Source: Cyanophora paradoxa CCMP329 (taxonomy: Eukaryota > Plantae > Glaucophyta). From it: a stretch of DNA of 64,000 nt. Within the stretch, counting starts at the first letter, position 1. Each line of letters begins with the position of its first letter. The stretch covers positions 434,001-498,000 of the forward strand of contig QPMI01000056.1 in assembly GCA_004431415.1 (NCBI GenBank), in the 5' to 3' direction. The position numbers and the translations under genes are program-made. Positions 60,642 to 64,000 of the stretch are shown here, piece by piece. The notes below the pieces were generated by a model that saw only the letters and a program-made list of their open reading frames with translations, had not been told where the DNA came from and did not search any database.

Positions 60642-62548
60642 ATGGCGTTCGGTCCGTCGCTTTCGTGGGGCCCGCTGACGCTTCTGACAGCTTTCGTGCG
60701 CAGTTGTCGCCCTCGCCGGTGCAGCGCCGACCCGCCGCGGCGTCGCACGTGCAGGCCCGAGCGGGCGGGCCTGCGTCGATCCGGCCTCGGCCCAGCGGCA
60801 TGCGCCGGTCCAGAGCCGCTCTTTCATGGGCACCAGAGTGGTGGTTCGGTCGGCGGCGCGGCGGGCGGCGAGGGCGGCGGTGTTCGAGGGCGCGGCGTGC
60901 TCGGCGCGCGCGCTGGCCCCGCCCAAGAACCCCGAGCTCGTCTCCCGCATCGTCGACCTTCTCAAGGTCCCGCCTCGCGCCGCCGCGCTGCTCTCCGCCT
61001 ATCTAACGCGGCGCCGCCGCTCGCCCGCAGCACGAGCTGCCGTCCATGTTCGAGGCGAGCGCCCCAGGCTCGCCGCCCGCACGGCGCCGGGGCGCAGCTG
61101 ACGCGCGCTGCAGCCGGGCAACAGCGTGGACTACTCCATCTACGCGCAGGACGTCTTCTTCCAGGCGCGCGCCGCCCCGGCCTGCGCGCCCGCGCACCGG
61201 GGCGCGGCCCGACGGGGCGGGCGGGGCGCCGGCGCAGGACCCGCTCAACAAATTCAACGGGATCGGGAAGTACCGTCAGAACATCTCCTTCCTCCAGACC
61301 TTCTTCAAGGACAGCAAGCTCGACCTGCACGACATCTACGTGCGCGCGCCGCGCCCGGCGGCCCGGGGCGCGGAGCGGGCGCCGAGGCGGGGCGGGGCGG
61401 GGCAGACGGACGTGACGGCGGGGGGCGAGGACGTGGTGGTGACGCGGTGGACCCTCTCCATGACCGCCCCTTCCCCTGGCGGCCCCGCCTCGCCTTCACG
61501 GGGTCCGGCCCCGTCGCCCACCCTCCCCCGGCCCCCGTCTAGGGGGGATTGAACGGCTCGCAGGACGTCGGAGTACGTGCTCGGCCCGGAGGGCACCGTC
61601 GTCCGCCACATCGACAAGTGCGCCCCGCCGCCCCCCTGCCTCGAGCTCGCTGGGAGCCGGTGCGACGGGGGCGGGGCGGGGGGCAGGTGGGACAGCCTGC
61701 CGGGCCCGACGGAGGGCGGCCTGCAGGACCTGCTCTCCGAGATGTTCGGGGCGGGCAGCGGGGCGCCCCTCGAGGGCTCCGCCCCTGGCGCCGGCGCCGT
61801 CGCCCAGGCCCCCTACACCCTCCTCCGCCGCTACCCCGGCTTCGAGGTCAGCCTAGCCTAGAAGCCTAGCCCCCGAGCCTAGAAGAGGGACGGGGGGATG
61901 GGGAGGAGGGGGCCCGCGCCCCGGCCTGGCGCCTCGGGCCTGGAGGGCTGAGGGGCGGGGCAGGTGCGGAGTACGGGGCGTTCGAGGTGGTGCGGACGGC
62001 GTACACGGCGCGCCCGGCCGGCTTCTCGGCGCTGGACGCCTACCTGCACGGCAACTCGATGTCGGGGGAGGGCCTGCCCCGCTCCGCCCCCGTCATCTAC
62101 GCCGTCCCCTCCGACCCCGCCTCCCCCGCCCCCAAGCGCATGGCGTACCCCGTCCCGGCGGGGGCCTCCGAGCCCCTCGACGACGACCTCGAGGTCGTAC
62201 CCGTCGACTGTGCGGCCCCCGCGCCCGCCCCCTCGCGCCCGCACCCCCTCACAGTCCCCCGCGCGCCCGCGCCGCAGTCTCGCGAATCGCGGCCATCCGC
62301 TTCTCGGGCTCGGCGACCCCCGAGGCGCGCGCGCCGCGCCGCCCCCTCCGCCCCCCTCTTCTCCGCAAACCGCCTCCTCCGCCGTGCAGATCGTGGCGGC
62401 GCGGCGGCGGCAGCTGGAGCGGATGGTGAAGGCGGCGGGCCTGCGGGCGGTGGAGGAGCCGGTGCTGCGCTTCGCCCAGTACGACGCCGTGTACAGCCTC
62501 CCCTGGACCCGCCGCAACGAGGTCTGGCTCCGCCTCGAGGCCGACTAG
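60642..62548 (+). CDS. Plastid-targeted DUF2358 (NTF2/SnoaL-like) + SOUL heme-binding protein, 11 exons
   Basis: Spliced N-terminus MAFVVALAG...SRSFMG; DYSIYAQDVFFQDPLNKFNGIGKY, TRWTLSM...PWRPRLAFTGTSEY...HIDKWD; SOUL part PYTLLRRYPGFEVREY...AAIRFSG...AQYD...RRNEVWL. One 1-nt indel in a C run near 61467. Confidence 0.85.
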
Positions 62549-62746
62549 CCCGAGGGGGCGCCGGCCAGGGCCAGGGCCCCGGCCTCCGACCGCGAGCGAC
62601 GCTCGGCGCTTTTTGATCGCGTAGCTGAGAGCAATCTGCTCACAAAAGCGCGGGGAGGGAGAGTTGCTCGCGAGCTCGGGCCGGGGGGTCAGAGCGCGTG
62701 GCCGTGGGGGGCCTCGGCGCGGCACGCCTCCGTGCGTGGCCAGCGG

Positions 62747-63898
62747 CTAGCGGACGCGGACGAGCTCGACGTCGAAGACGATCGTCGCGTCGCGGTTCGT
62801 GTAGAGCACCGACCGCAGCCGCTGCCGCGCCGCGAACTGCCGGCGGCGTGGGCGGGGCGGAGGGTTGGGGCGGGAGGGGCGCGCGTCCTGCGGCCGCGGC
62901 TCGTCGTTCTCGGAGCGGTAGCCGAGGGCGGGGGGCACAACGATGCGGCGGACGCCCCCGGCCTTCATCCCCTCCAGGCCCTCCTCCAGGCCCGGCACGA
63001 CCTGAGCGGGCGTTGGCTCGCGTTGCTCAGCGAGCGGCGGCTCGGGCCCGGGGCCGCCGTGGCGGGCCTCGCCGCTGCCGTAGGTGAAGGTGAAGGGGTC
63101 GGCCACTCCGTCCTGTCTCGAGGGCCGTCAGGCACGCGCCTGTGCTCTGCGGCGCCCTCCAGGGGCGGCGCGCCTTGGCGTGGTCCCCGGTGGAGTCCAG
63201 CTTGATCCCGTTGAAGCCTGAGGCCGTTTGGCGGCGGGTGGAGGGCGGCGGCGCGGCGGGGCGCGCCCTGCAGCCGGGAGAGGAACTGGATGGAGACGCG
63301 CGTGCCCGCCGCGGGAGCCTCCCCGCTCCCGACCTGTCGCGCGCGGCGCCGTCGGCCGCCGCGCAGGCCCGCGGCGCAGGCCGCGGCGCGTGCCGGCGCT
63401 GGCGGTGCGACGATAGGCGCGGCGCACGTCGATGTCGAAGTACTTGAGGCCGCTCTCCTTCCGCACGACCTTGCTCGGGTCGAAGCGCAGGCCCTGCGCG
63501 CCGCGCGCGCCGCGCCGCGCAGCAGATCGGCACGCGCCGCTGCATGCGGCACGGCACGCGCTGACCGCTAACCTTCAGCTTCTCCTCGAGGCGAGCTTCG
63601 AACTCCGTCGACAGCGCCAGGGCCGGCGCCGGCAGAGCGGCGACCAGGGCGAGGAACGCCCGGCGGGGGACGCTGGGCGCGGCCTCCCGCGCGGTATCCG
63701 CTTCGAATCGCCTCTACACTCGGGAACGGTCTCTGCTCGGCGTATGCGCGTAGCGCAAGGCGTGTGGGCTCACCTCGCAGCGGACGGACGGAAACGCTGG
63801 GCCACTCAACTTCCGATCTCGGCGACATGCTGCGGGCTTGAAGACGATCCCGGCGAGCTGCTTACGCGCCCCAGCGCCGAGCCGCCCACGAAGGCCAT
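62747..63898 (-). CDS. Thylakoid-lumen FKBP-type peptidyl-prolyl isomerase, 8 exons
   Basis: MAFVGGSAL transit peptide (needs +1 G in a G run); twin-arginine signal PRRAFLALVAALPAPALA; SGLKYFDIDVGSG, PFTFTYGSGEVVPGLEEGLEGMKAGGVRRIVVPPALGY, TIVFDVELVRVR*. Confidence 0.88.
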
Positions 63899-64000
63899 TT
63901 TTTTGCGCGGCCGGGGGTATACGTTCCTAAGCCGCCTGGCCGCGGCGCGCCAGGCCGCCCCGTCCTGCCGAGGACCGTTGGCCGCACGCTATGTCAACCA

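Noticed and set aside
1-64000. Hundreds of Arg/Pro/Ala-rich ORFs in the six-frame track
   Set aside because: Shadow ORFs caused by high GC and intron read-through; the real products emerge only after splicing.

Overview
Very GC-rich, intron-dense eukaryotic nuclear DNA. Two plastid-targeted genes begin MAFV, which fits a glaucophyte (Cyanophora-like) alga; this is an inference. The ORF track is mostly shadow ORFs, and the real genes are split by short introns, about a third of which have GC donors. (1) 1-36.5 kb: a cluster of nine copies of one F-box/LRR-like gene and six copies of a mitochondrial-type TPR gene. Four F-box/TPR pairs are head-to-head, several TPR copies are decayed, and the F-box paralogs are mosaic. 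A divergent CDC20/Fizzy-like WD40 gene with a ~700-aa C-terminal extension sits in a ~9.7-kb near-identical tandem duplication. (2) 37.4-44.1 kb: RAE1 and an NSDHL/ERG26-type sterol dehydrogenase (head-to-head), plus an unknown multi-exon gene. (3) 44.2-60.5 kb: no recognisable gene. It holds a ~10.6-kb element with ~550-590-bp inverted repeats, flanked by TGCA, containing four unrelated satellites of ~158, ~169, ~334 (2x167) and ~358 bp. (4) 60.6-63.9 kb: a plastid DUF2358-SOUL gene and a thylakoid-lumen FKBP gene. Single-base indels in G/C runs look like sequencing errors. Gene models were built by eye, so boundaries are approximate.
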